Shown here: one piece after another, positions 15,228 through 29,002 of the stretch
Layout: every line of letters begins with the position of its first letter
Numbering within the stretch: position 1 is the first letter of the stretch
Position numbers and translations under genes: made by a program
Notes under the pieces: model-generated
Seen by the model: the letters and a program-made list of their open reading frames with translations, nothing else
What the model was told of the DNA's origin: nothing
The model's database searches: none
Source of the DNA: Eledone cirrhosa
Taxonomy: Eukaryota
Direction: 5' to 3'
Assembly (NCBI GenBank): GCA_964016885.1
Contig: OZ024751.1
Span: 38,068,001 to 38,132,000, forward strand
DNA: 64,000 bases

Positions 15228-16027
15228 CACAGTCATTATATTTAAAATAAACATTCATATTGAATTATATTTAAATTGATTCGTTTTCCATTTCATCCTG
15301 ACGATATCCCAGTCTAAATCCGATCCTTTGTTCTAAAAGCCAGGGAAAAGATAATAAATGACATGAATTCCATTCTAATCAATAGTTGATCAATTAATAA
15401 TCTCATAATGTATGTACTGTGAAGTAACCATTAATTACCGAACGTCAATCCGAGGCTCAGCATGGGACTTCAACCTACTCAGAAATTCAATTAATGTATA
15501 TTGTTTTCCGTCACACACCCACACCTCTATATGTGTGTGTATGTCTGTGTGTGTAGTACGCACGTTTCTGCTAACTTATCACACGATATGTTTCAGTACT
15601 ATTGTTTTATAAATTCCTATGCACTAACAACGAATATATTCTTATGTAAATGAATACAAATTATGTGGATGATCAGATAGTATGCCATCGTCTTTAGCGG
15701 AAAAAGGGACAAATGGATAATATAGACTTTTAAGATGATATTATCAGCTATCACAGATGAGGAAGGAGCTGTGTTCGTATCTGCTACTGTCTCACCGATA
15801 ACTGTGATACCACTATATTGTTAACCTTACAACAGTTACAAGTTGATGGAAGCAGGAGTAAATTATGGAGGGTGGAATTTCAGAGAGATGATATGATAAG
15901 GGAGGAAAAACTACGAATTTTGGTTAATGAGAGGAGATGTTATAAGGTTAGGAAAACAAAGAGAAACGAATGTGAATGTAGCAAGTTTTTCTATAGTATT
16001 TCGTTTTAATTATTTGTACTTCTGGTA

Positions 16028-16232
16028 ATGCGTGGCTTAGTGGTTAGTTTAATCGGTGTACGATCGTCAGATCATGAAATAGGGTCTTGAAATCATGCTG
16101 TGTCCCTTAGCAAGACAAGTATATCTCTCCTTCCCCTGCCTACCCAGCTGGAAAACAGTACTTGTATCTGGATTTCAGAGTATCTGGCTCGTTTCTCAGT
16201 GTGGCGCTCAATCTTCCAGTTACGTTAAAATT
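16028..16232 (+). mobile_element. Degenerate tRNA-derived SINE (second family, like 59925-60210)
   Basis: A box-like 'gcgtggcttagtggttag', then 'tgtgtcccttagcaagaca', 'cccagctggaaaa', 'ttacgttaa'. Confidence 0.6.
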
Positions 16233-16932
16233 GCGAGTGTGTTTGTGTGTGCGTGTTTGCCTGTGTGGGTCAGTGAGTGAGTGAGTGAGTGAGTGTGAGT
16301 GTGCGTGTGCGTGTGCATGTGTGTGTGTGTGTGTGTGTGTGCGTGTGTGTGTATGCGTGTGTGTGTGCGTGTTTGTGTGCGTGTTTGTGTGCGTGTTTGC
16401 CTGTGTGAGTCAGAGAGTGAGTGAGTGTGTGGAGTAAGTGAATTTCACGAGCAGGCCCTTCCAATGTTCCACAAAACTATAACACACAGCGTCGGAAGTG
16501 ACGGAGGACCAGCACCAACATCATTTCGATGTAAACAGAAATATATTTGATAGGTTTGGCACGTCTACACTTTACACGCTGCACTATATCATAGAAATAC
16601 TGGCTAACCTAAAAGACACATGAATGATCATTTTCCTGTTTTATTATCTCTCTTCCATTAAGTGATTAGACTTACTTCTGTGCTACACATGTAGCCGCAT
16701 CAGTCGTATTGCATGCTCACACACACACGCACGCACACAAACACACACACACATATATATATATATATGTGTGTGTGTAGTGTGTGTATGTACGCACGCA
16801 CAAACACCAACCTATAAATAAACAAATATGTACCATAAAAATATTATTTATATATATGTATATATATATAAACAAATATAAGGTACATGAACAAACAAAC
16901 AGACACACATTATACATATATATGTATGCATA

Positions 16933-16999
<67 letters not shown>

Positions 17000-17297
17000 A
17001 TATATATATATTTGTCTGTTATTGCGACATTTCGGTAATGTTAATATAGACATTTTCTCGATTATTTCTTATCCATTATTTATATTTTCTCTATTTTCTC
17101 TTCAATTCATTTATTTTAAAGTTATTTGTGATAAACGTTTGCTATTGTTTGAACTAAAACTGCACCAAGAAGATTTACTAACGTAAATGGGGTTTTACTA
17201 AAATGTGAAATGTAGTTTAATGAAACGAATGAAAATGGCTGAAACAAACATTTAAGTAAAAACATAATCTAAACAGAAACAATAAGTTAAATGTTAA

Positions 17298-17352
<55 letters not shown>
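17298..17352. repeat. (AAT)n microsatellite
   Basis: Seen directly. Confidence 0.95.
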
Positions 17353-17356
<4 letters not shown>

Positions 17357-17699
17357 TAATGGTATAAAATATATAAAAATATATGAAAAATCACCAACAT
17401 AACCATAACAAAGTTGGTAACAATAAAAATGTCAACAAAATTTCCATTGAATTAATGTTGAATAAAAGAAAATAGACGACAAACCATTAAATAACTGATT
17501 CTACTGCAGCGGGGGACGCGTTAGGTGCAATTTAACATGTCATATATTAAAATGGTGGATATTAACAATTCATACATAAAAGCCATACTCTGTATTTGTA
17601 TGTATGTGTATGTATGCAGAGACGAGACACATATTCTCATATTCTTTCAAATGGTTCGATAGTTTTGTGAGTCTATATATGTAGACAATTATATACATA

Positions 17700-17882
17700 T
17701 ATAAGTATGCATATATAAACATGTGTAAACATGTATACACATACATATGTAAACATATATACACATACATACATATGTAAACATATATACACATATATAC
17801 ATATGTAAACATATATAAACATACATACATATGTAAACATATATACACATACATACATATGTAAACATATATACACATACAT
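17700..17882. repeat. About 28-bp minisatellite (catatgtaaacatatatacacatacata)
   Basis: About 6 tandem copies. Confidence 0.85.
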
Positions 17883-17926
17883 ATATATATTCTTACATAT
17901 ATACTCGCATATATATATATATATAT

Positions 17927-18184
17927 GTAAAAGTTCTATTTAAATTGTTGGGATACAACAAGTAAATATTTTTATACCTGATATAAAGCACTCAACAAAT
18001 ATTTGGAGTAAAAATACGATATTAACAAATGGAAACTATATTTATAAAACCATATTTATTTCATTATACATATTTCAAGGACACCAAGTTAAATTATGGT
18101 GTGCTTTCATCAGATAAAATATAATATAGATCAGTTTTATAAATAAATATTGACATACCCTTAAAAATGCAACCATTACTGTTA
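17927..18184 (-). mobile_element. TA-embedded hammerhead element, family C
   Basis: Bounded by TA-rich tracts; contains hammerhead 18058-18120 and 3' motif GTTGAGTGCTT (17986-17996, minus). Confidence 0.8.
18058..18120 (-). ncRNA. Type I hammerhead ribozyme
   Basis: attttat CTGATGA aag c acacca ... tggtgt c ctt GAA ATATGTAT A atgaaat. Confidence 0.82.
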
Positions 18185-18186
18185 TG

Positions 18187-18219
<33 letters not shown>

Positions 18220-18766
18220 ATATATATACATACATATATATACATATATATATATACATATATATACATATATATATATACATATATATATACATATATA
18301 TATATACATATACATATATATACATATAGATATATACATATACATATATATACATATAGATATATACATATATATATACATATATATATATACATATACA
18401 TATATATACATATAGATATATACATATACATATATATACATATAGATATATACATATACATATATATACATATAGATATATACATATATATATATACATA
18501 TATATATATACATATATATACATATATATATATACATATATATATATTTACATATACATATATATATACATATACATATATTATATACATATATATATAT
18601 ATTTACATATACATATATATATTTACATATATATATATATACATATATTTACATATACATATATATATATACATATATATATTTACATATATATATATAC
18701 ATATATATATTTACATATATATATATACATATATTGACATATACATATATATACATATATATATAC

Positions 18767-18798
<32 letters not shown>

Positions 18799-18826
18799 TT
18801 ACATATACATATATATATACATATAC

Positions 18827-18859
<33 letters not shown>

Positions 18860-18968
18860 CATATACATATATATATACATATATATATTTATATATACAT
18901 ATACATATATATATATACATATATATATACACATATATATATACATATACATATTTATATATACATAT

Positions 18969-20935
18969 AAAAATCAACAAGCTGAAATACTGTCAGCAGC
19001 AACACATCAACTTGACTGCCATTTCATCACTAGAGATTAAAAAACATAACCTCCAAAACAACATAATGTCCCTCATCAACAATCAGAGAAGAGCTGAAGA
19101 GGCCTGGGCCATTGAGAAGATCAAACTCAATCCCAAAGTATTCTTTTCATTTGCAAAAAAACACAAAATCACTGGCTCTACTGTTGGCCCTCTAATTGAT
19201 GAAAATGGCACTCTTCAAGACAATGCTAAAACCATGGGTGAGATACTGCAGAAACAATACTGCTCTGTTTTCAGCAATCCTGATATGGCCGATCTGGGCT
19301 GTATCGGCGATGTTACTCCCCATTACACCTTATCGGACATAACGTTTGGCGCCCCTGATGTCTTAGCGGCAATAAAGGAAATCAAGCATAATTCAGCAGT
19401 AGGTCCCGATAGGTTCCCTGCTTGTGTCTTGAAGGCGTGTCAACACCAACTTGCATCTCCTCTTGCCAATCTGTGGCGGAACTCACTGGATGCTGGATAT
19501 GTGCCAGAAAACCTTCTATCCCAGTCTGTTGTCCCAGTTTTCAAAAAGGGAAACAAATCCCTTGCCGTGAATTACCGTCCAATCTCACTCACCTCTCATA
19601 TGATTAAGGTATTTGAGAGAGTGGGGAGATCGCGAATGACCCACTTCCTTGAGAGTAACAATATGCTGAACTCCAACCAGCATGGATTCCGTAATGGAAG
19701 GGATTGCCTGACGCAGCTACTGCATCACTTTGATGACATTTTGAGAGCCTTGGGAGAGGGTTCCAACACTGATGTTATCTACCTTGATTTCAGCAAGACC
19801 TTTGACAGGGTTGATCATAACATTCTACTGAGAAAGCTGTCCAATATTGGTGTCACTGGAAAGCTGCTGCAGTGGATCAAGAGCTTCCTGTCAAATAGAA
19901 CCCAACATGTTGTAGTTGAAGGAGTCAAATCCAGCCCAGCCAAAGTCAGTAGTGGGGTCCCACAAGGCACTGTGTTGGGCCCACTTCTCTTCATCATTAT
20001 ATATTAATGAAATCACTGACATCATCAAACACAGCAACATTAAAATTTTCGCTGATGATTCCAAGCTCCAAAAGGTCATCAATGGCGTGGATGACCGGAT
20101 AAGCCTTCAGTCAGACCTACTGGCTGTTACCCAATGGGCGGAAAAGAACAACATGTTACTGAACGAAGACAAATTCGAACTGATCCACTTTGGAAAAGAG
20201 GATGCTCTGAAACTCCCGTACTCCCTTCTCTCCGGGGAAACTCTCGTGGCATCTAACAACATCAGAGACTTGGGAGTAACCGTGGACAGCAACATAAGCT
20301 GGGCCACGCATATAAACAGCAAAGTTGACATGGCCCGCAGAATGTGTTCCTGGATCCTCAGAACCTTCCAGTCGAGAGATTCCCACACCATTATCCTTCT
20401 CTTCTCTACTTTTGCCCGACCACACCTTGAATACTGTTGTCCACTGTGGTCTCCCCACACGAAACAAAGTATCATGAAACTTGAAGCTCCTCAAAGGGCA
20501 ATCACGAAAAAGATAGATGGCATGTCAGACCTTGACTACTGGGGTCGACTAGACAACCTGAAACTTTACTCACTCCAACGTCGCCGTGAGCGTTATATTA
20601 TCTGCATGATGTGGAAAATGTGCCATCATCACTGCCCAAATGATGTTGGCATCGCCTTCAAGATACACCCAAGGCTTGGGCCCCGTGCTATCCGTCCCAT
20701 TCAAAAATCTAAATCGCAACTCATAACAACAATACGGTACAATTATTTCACCTCAATCGGCCCTGCTCTCTTCAACATCACACCAGGACACGTCAAAACA
20801 GAAACTGACCACACAAAATTCAAGAAGTCTTTGGACAAATTCCTCCAAGTAATCCCGGACAAACCACCCACACCCGGATATGTCTCCGCAAACAATAATT
20901 CTCTTCTCGAATGGGCCATGGTGCCCAAATCCTGA
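18969..20935 (+). pseudogene. LINE ORF2 reverse transcriptase, frameshifted near 20000
   Basis: Motifs [46 protein letters not shown] in ORF 18184..20007; FADDSKL, RDLGV, RPHLEYC, LYSLQRRRER in ORF 19916..20935. Confidence 0.93.
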
Positions 20936-21021
20936 ATTGAAAGACTTCGCCAGGTGGTGCTATTAAGTTAGACATGGCCTGGGCCAATACTGGCCAAAAC
21001 ATTTCAAAGTTATTCAAAGTT
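18969..21021 (+). mobile_element. 5'-truncated CR1-group non-LTR retrotransposon (LINE) inserted in a (TA/CA)n tract
   Basis: RT-coding sequence with a sharp compositional switch at both ends; 3' UTR ends in (TTCAAAGTTA)2; no endonuclease domain visible. Confidence 0.93.
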
Positions 21022-21091
21022 ATACATATATATATGCATATACATATATATATATATTTATATATACATATACATATATATATACATATAC

Positions 21092-21238
<147 letters not shown>

Positions 21239-21775
21239 CATATACATATATACATATACATATATACATATACATATATTTATACATACATACTTACATG
21301 AACAGATACACACACAGACACACATATATATATGTATATCCTAGCACCGCGATATTGATTGAACACCAGTCCGAAATAATAATGAGGTCGTGATTCAGCT
21401 GGCGAGAAAGATTCTTATAACTAAATACAAATAACCAGTCACATATAGTTTTGTTGAAAACAAAAGAACGAACAGGGGAACACACGATATTTCCTGTTTA
21501 TGAAAAGAAATATTCATACGAGGTTGTGAGCATAGTTCTTCGAGTAAAAACCATTTCTCTTATCAAATATAGATGACGTTTTATATATCAGAGAATCATA
21601 AATTGTGGTATGAACGTAGGATGGTGTATATGTTGTGTATGTATTATCGTCATTATAATATTATCTCACTTTTCATAATTATTTCTCTATATAAATCTCT
21701 CTCTCTCTCCTCCACCCTTTTCACTGTCAAAAATTGGCACTTATGTCTAATGTCACTTGAGCATATATGTATATA

Positions 21776-21837
<62 letters not shown>

Positions 21838-22227
21838 CATGTACTACATAAATATGATTCATCTATATATATAAAGAATATGTTGGTATCGTATATATAT
21901 ATATATATATAAAAGATATATTGGTATCGTATATAACATAATTTAATATAATCTAATATGATGTAATGATAATATAATATCCGGCCTGTCATTTTGATAG
22001 TAAGCGTCCATGCTTGTCATTATCATTTTTATTGGTATTGTCAAATTCAATTTACTTGACCTAGAAGCCTGTTGTGTGAACGTCTGCAACACATTTATTA
22101 TAGTACAAGATTCTATAAAGGTTTTAGTAAAACTATTTTAATGAATAGTTGCTTCGGTAACGTTGGGCAGCAGAAATATTATAAAAATCTACAGACGAAA
22201 GCAAATATCAGTAATAGAACAACGTGT

Positions 22228-22257
<30 letters not shown>

Positions 22258-22258
<1 letters not shown>

Positions 22259-22304
22259 ATTGTTTCTACTTTAGGCACAAGGCCAGCAATTACCCAGTGC
22301 ATTA
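22258..22304 (-). mobile_element. SINE 3' fragment
   Basis: 'aattgtttctactttaggcacaaggccagcaattacccagtgcatta' matches the 3' end of the young SINE family. Confidence 0.85.
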
Positions 22305-22305
22305 T

Positions 22306-22351
<46 letters not shown>

Positions 22352-22454
22352 TGATAGATAGATATGTGTGTGGTGTCGTGTGGTGTGGTGTGGTGTGGTG
22401 TGTGTGTGTGTGTGGAATGAACCTTAGACGAAGATACATAATTATATTTATTAG

Positions 22455-22765
22455 TATACGTATTTCCGTAACGTCGGCATGGATGTGTTTTGCAATCGTT
22501 ACAACAACGACCCGCACCAGTGTAACGTTATCAAATGTTAACCTAGTTATATGCGTGGGTCGATATGTTTTTGAAGGGAGTGGCAAAACCAATGCCGATT
22601 GGCACCAGTGAAGTCGTAACTCGTTTCCAATTTAGTGAAGTCTAGAAGCCTGAAATACAATATGTTGCTCAAAGGTACAACGCAATGCGTGGTATTGGAA
22701 TCGAAACTACAACCTCATGATTCAGGATCTAATGAATGTATCACTAAGCTACGTGCGTTCGCAAT
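22455..22765 (-). mobile_element. Old tRNA-derived SINE-like repeat
   Basis: Minus strand 'gtagcttagtgata...gaggttgtagtttcgattcc...gcgttgtacctttgagcaacata' gives an A/B-box-like head. Confidence 0.55.
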
Positions 22766-22768
22766 CGG

Positions 22769-23624
<856 letters not shown>

Positions 23625-25806
23625 AAATTGGAATAAATGCTCTGAAATAGCGATATATATGTGAATATAGACATAGAATATTCGAAAATATTCTGTATGT
23701 TTATAATAAACATTTTGAAGACCTAATCGCTATAGAATAGAATACGTCACGTATTACAATTAGATTCTCGATAAAAGCAAGGGAAGTAAGTCTACGCGTT
23801 TCATTCTCGTTAGAAATCGTCAGGACTACATATCCAGTGCTTTTATCGAGAATGACACAGCTAGAGACTTATAGAATACTTAGCTGTGTACAGGAACTGG
23901 TTTGAAAGAGCGGTTGCCGGTCCGGCAGAAATTAGAAATTGGAATAAATGCTCTGAAATAGCGATATATATGTGAATATAGACATAGAATATTCGAAAAT
24001 ATTCTGTATGTTTATAATAAACATTTTGAAGACCTAATCGCTATAGAATAGAATACGTCACGTATTACAATTAGATTCTCGATAAAAGCAAGGGAAGTAA
24101 GTCTACGCGTTTCATTCTCGTTAGAAATCGTCAGGACTACATATCCAGTGCTTTTATCGAGAATGACACAGCTAGAGACTTATAGAATACTTAGCTGTGT
24201 ACAGGAACTGGTTTGAAAGAGCGGTTGCCGGTCCGGCAGAAATTAGAAATTGGAATAAATGCTCTGAAATAGCGATATATATGTGAATATAGACATAGAA
24301 TATTCGAAAATATTCTGTATGTTTATAATAAACATTTTGAAGACCTAATCGCTATAGAATAGAATACGTCACGTATTACAATTAGATTCTCGATAAAAGC
24401 AAGGGAAGTAAGTCTACGCGTTTCATTCTCGTTAGAAATCGTCAGGACTACATATCCAGTGCTTTTATCGAGAATGACACAGCTAGAGACTTATAGAATA
24501 CTTAGCTGTGTACAGGAACTGGTTTGAAAGAGCGGTTGCCGGTCCGGCAGAAATTAGAAATTGGAATAAATGCTCTGAAATAGCGATATATATGTGAATA
24601 TAGACATAGAATATTCGAAAATATTCTGTATGTTTATAATAAACATTTTGAAGACCTAATCGCTATAGAATAGAATACGTCACGTATTACAATTAGATTC
24701 TCGATAAAAGCAAGGGAAGTAAGTCTACGCGTTTCATTCTCGTTAGAAATCGTCAGGACTACATATCCAGTGCTTTTATCGAGAATGACACAGCTAGAGA
24801 CTTATAGAATACTTAGCTGTGTACAGGAACTGGTTTGAAAGAGCGGTTGCCGGTCCGGCAGAAATTAGAAATTGGAATAAATGCTCTGAAATAGCGATAT
24901 ATATGTGAATATAGACATAGAATATTCGAAAATATTCTGTATGTTTATAATAAACATTTTGAAGACCTAATCGCTATAGAATAGAATACGTCACGTATTA
25001 CAATTAGATTCTCGATAAAAGCAAGGGAAGTAAGTCTACGCGTTTCATTCTCGTTAGAAATCGTCAGGACTACATATCCAGTGCTTTTATCGAGAATGAC
25101 ACAGCTAGAGACTTATAGAATACTTAGCTGTGTACAGGAACTGGTTTGAAAGAGCGGTTGCCGGTCCGGCAGAAATTAGAAATTGGAATAAATGCTCTGA
25201 AATAGCGATATATATGTGAATATAGACATAGAATATTCGAAAATATTCTGTATGTTTATAATAAACATTTTGAAGACCTAATCGCTATAGAATAGAATAC
25301 GTCACGTATTACAATTAGATTCTCGATAAAAGCAAGGGAAGTAAGTCTACGCGTTTCATTCTCGTTAGAAATCGTCAGGACTACATATCCAGTGCTTTTA
25401 TCGAGAATGACACAGCTAGAGACTTATAGAATACTTAGCTGTGTACAGGAACTGGTTTGAAAGAGCGGTTGCCGGTCCGGCAGAAATTAGAAATTGGAAT
25501 AAATGCTCTGAAATAGCGATATATATGTGAATATAGACATAGAATATTCGAAAATATTCTGTATGTTTATAATAAACATTTTGAAGACCTAATCGCTATA
25601 GAATAGAATACGTCACGTATTACAATTAGATTCTCGATAAAAGCAAGGGAAGTAAGTCTACGCGTTTCATTCTCGTTAGAAATCGTCAGGACTACATATC
25701 CAGTGCTTTTATCGAGAATGACACAGCTAGAGACTTATAGAATACTTAGCTGTGTACAGGAACTGGTTTGAAAGAGCGGTTGCCGGTCCGGCAGAAATTA
25801 GAAATT
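23625..25806 (-). repeat. 311-bp hammerhead satellite/retrozyme array, left arm, 7 head-to-tail monomers
   Basis: 'ggaataaatgc' recurs at 23630, 23941, 24252, 24563, 24874, 25185, 25496; minus-strand hammerheads at 23786-23829 and every +311. Confidence 0.96.
23786..23829 (-). ncRNA. Minimal type I hammerhead ribozyme (first of 7 minus-strand copies)
   Basis: gtagtc CTGACGA t ttct aacg agaa t GAA ACGCGT A gacttac. Confidence 0.94.
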
Positions 25807-25827
25807 AGAAATTAGAAATTAGAAATT

Positions 25828-27499
25828 GCTTTTATCGAGAATCTAATTGTAATACGTGACGTATTCTATTCTATAGCGATTAGGTCTTCAAAATGTTTAT
25901 TATAAACATACAGAATATTTTCGAATATTCTATGTCTATATTCACATATATATCGCTATTTCAGAGCATTTATTCCAATTTCTAATTTCTGCCGGACCGG
26001 CAACCGCTCTTTCAAACCAGTTCCTGTACACAGCTAAGTATTCTATAAGTCTCTAGCTGTGTCATTCTCGATAAAAGCACTGGATATGTAGTCCTGACGA
26101 TTTCTAACGAGAATGAAACGCGTAGACTTACTTCCCTTGCTTTTATCGAGAATCTAATTGTAATACGTGACGTATTCTATTCTATAGCGATTAGGTCTTC
26201 AAAATGTTTATTATAAACATACAGAATATTTTCGAATATTCTATGTCTATATTCACATATATATCGCTATTTCAGAGCATTTATTCCAATTTCTAATTTC
26301 TGCCGGACCGGCAACCGCTCTTTCAAACCAGTTCCTGTACACAGCTAAGTATTCTATAAGTCTCTAGCTGTGTCATTCTCGATAAAAGCACTGGATATGT
26401 AGTCCTGACGATTTCTAACGAGAATGAAACGCGTAGACTTACTTCCCTTGCTTTTATCGAGAATCTAATTGTAATACGTGACGTATTCTATTCTATAGCG
26501 ATTAGGTCTTCAAAATGTTTATTATAAACATACAGAATATTTTCGAATATTCTATGTCTATATTCACATATATATCGCTATTTCAGAGCATTTATTCCAA
26601 TTTCTAATTTCTGCCGGACCGGCAACCGCTCTTTCAAACCAGTTCCTGTACACAGCTAAGTATTCTATAAGTCTCTAGCTGTGTCATTCTCGATAAAAGC
26701 ACTGGATATGTAGTCCTGACGATTTCTAACGAGAATGAAACGCGTAGACTTACTTCCCTTGCTTTTATCGAGAATCTAATTGTAATACGTGACGTATTCT
26801 ATTCTATAGCGATTAGGTCTTCAAAATGTTTATTATAAACATACAGAATATTTTCGAATATTCTATGTCTATATTCACATATATATCGCTATTTCAGAGC
26901 ATTTATTCCAATTTCTAATTTCTGCCGGACCGGCAACCGCTCTTTCAAACCAGTTCCTGTACACAGCTAAGTATTCTATAAGTCTCTAGCTGTGTCATTC
27001 TCGATAAAAGCACTGGATATGTAGTCCTGACGATTTCTAACGAGAATGAAACGCGTAGACTTACTTCCCTTGCTTTTATCGAGAATCTAATTGTAATACG
27101 TGACGTATTCTATTCTATAGCGATTAGGTCTTCAAAATGTTTATTATAAACATACAGAATATTTTCGAATATTCTATGTCTATATTCACATATATATCGC
27201 TATTTCAGAGCATTTATTCCAATTTCTAATTTCTGCCGGACCGGCAACCGCTCTTTCAAACCAGTTCCTGTACACAGCTAAGTATTCTATAAGTCTCTAG
27301 CTGTGTCATTCTCGATAAAAGCACTGGATATGTAGTCCTGACGATTTCTAACGAGAATGAAACGCGTAGACTTACTTCCCTTGCTTTTATCGAGAATCTA
27401 ATTGTAATACGTGACGTATTCTATTCTATAGCGATTAGGTCTTCAAAATGTTTATTATAAACATACAGAATATTTTCGAATATTCTATGTCTATATTCA
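25828..27499 (+). repeat. 311-bp hammerhead satellite/retrozyme array, right (inverted) arm, about 5.4 monomers
   Basis: Reverse complement of the left arm; 'gcttttatcgagaatctaattg' at 25828, 26139, 26450, 26761, 27072, 27383; ends in (TA)n. Confidence 0.96.
26088..26131 (+). ncRNA. Minimal type I hammerhead ribozyme (first of 5 plus-strand copies: 26088, 26399, 26710, 27021, 27332)
   Basis: CTGACGA 26094-26100, stem II TTCT/AGAA, GAAACGCGTA 26115-26124, stem I agtc/gact; predicted cut after 26124. Confidence 0.94.
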
Positions 27500-27514
27500 T
27501 AAATATAAATATAT

Positions 27515-27579
<65 letters not shown>

Positions 27580-27596
27580 AATATATATATAAATAT

Positions 27597-28312
27597 AGTA
27601 TTAGTTATACTATTTATGGTTATGTAAACACAAAACCTTAAGCAGTTGTAAGTATTTTACACACACCCTAAATAGTGGTAGGCAGTAATGTATTACTACC
27701 TTATTACCAGTAAGTTAAGTAGCTCAATGTAAAAACATCAGATGATTTACAGAGCAGTTATATGAAATATAAGAATCAAAAAACTGTTCAAAACATTATT
27801 GTGCTTACAGCTGTTTCCTCCAAACCGAGGTTTGGATTCTTCGGAGCAATTTATTAATGCATGGACAGTTATATGACCTCCTTTTCAGCCGAGAGACTGA
27901 AAAGGAGGTCATATACCTACCTAAGTGCCTCTACCACACATATCTCTCTGCCACACTATATAAACAAGACGCACATGCGTGCCACACATATAACATTTGC
28001 ACTATATAACCACTTATCTTCATGTTGTACTTTAACCTATATCTTTGATTTTTGATTGTACCTATTAATATAAATGTAATCTCGAAGTGTGTACTGCCAC
28101 TCTAAATTCTGTAATGAATGTTGACCCACAATGTTTGAATATGTATCAATGTTTGAATATGTATTGGTATGTCTCTCGGCTGAAAAGGAGGTCATATAAC
28201 TGTCCATGCATTAATAAATTGCTCCGAAGAATCCAAACCTCGGTTTGGAGGAAACAGCTGTAAGCACAATAAAGTTTTGAACAGTTCTTTGATTCTTATA
28301 TTTCATATTTCA
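27597..28312. mobile_element. TA-embedded hammerhead element, family F, with 138-bp inverted arms
   Basis: Arms 27760-27897 and 28171-28308; inner hairpin 27870-27916; hammerheads at 27802-27848 (-) and 28220-28266 (+). Confidence 0.88.
28220..28266 (+). ncRNA. Type I hammerhead ribozyme, CCGAAGA core variant
   Basis: tgct CCGAAGA a tccaaac ctcg gtttgga g GAA ACAGCTGT A agca; identical copy on the minus strand at 27802-27848. Confidence 0.85.
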
Positions 28313-28318
28313 TATATA

Positions 28319-28358
<40 letters not shown>

Positions 28359-28549
28359 AATATATATATATAAATATAAACATAAATATATAAATATAAA
28401 CATATATATATATATAAATATAAATATATAAATATAAACATAAATATATAAATATAAACATATATATATATATAAATATAAATATATATATATAAATATA
28501 TAAATATATAAACATATATATATAAATATATATATAAATATATAAACAT

Positions 28550-28586
<37 letters not shown>

Positions 28587-28611
28587 AATATATATATAAA
28601 TATATAAACAT

Positions 28612-28716
<105 letters not shown>

Positions 28717-28740
28717 AATATATATATATAAATATATATA

Positions 28741-28894
<154 letters not shown>

Positions 28895-28927
28895 AATATA
28901 TATAAATATATAAATATATATATAAAT

Positions 28928-28958
<31 letters not shown>

Positions 28959-29002
28959 AATATATATAAATATATATATATAAATATATATATATAAATA
29001 TA

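Noticed and set aside
18184-18968. N-terminal 260 aa of the 607-aa ORF
   Set aside because: Microsatellite read in frame with the truncated LINE; not a real N-terminus.
23625-27499. CRISPR array or rDNA/snRNA tandem interpretation
   Set aside because: Units are identical with no unique spacers, there are no cas genes, and I recognise no 5S/snRNA/tRNA sequence.
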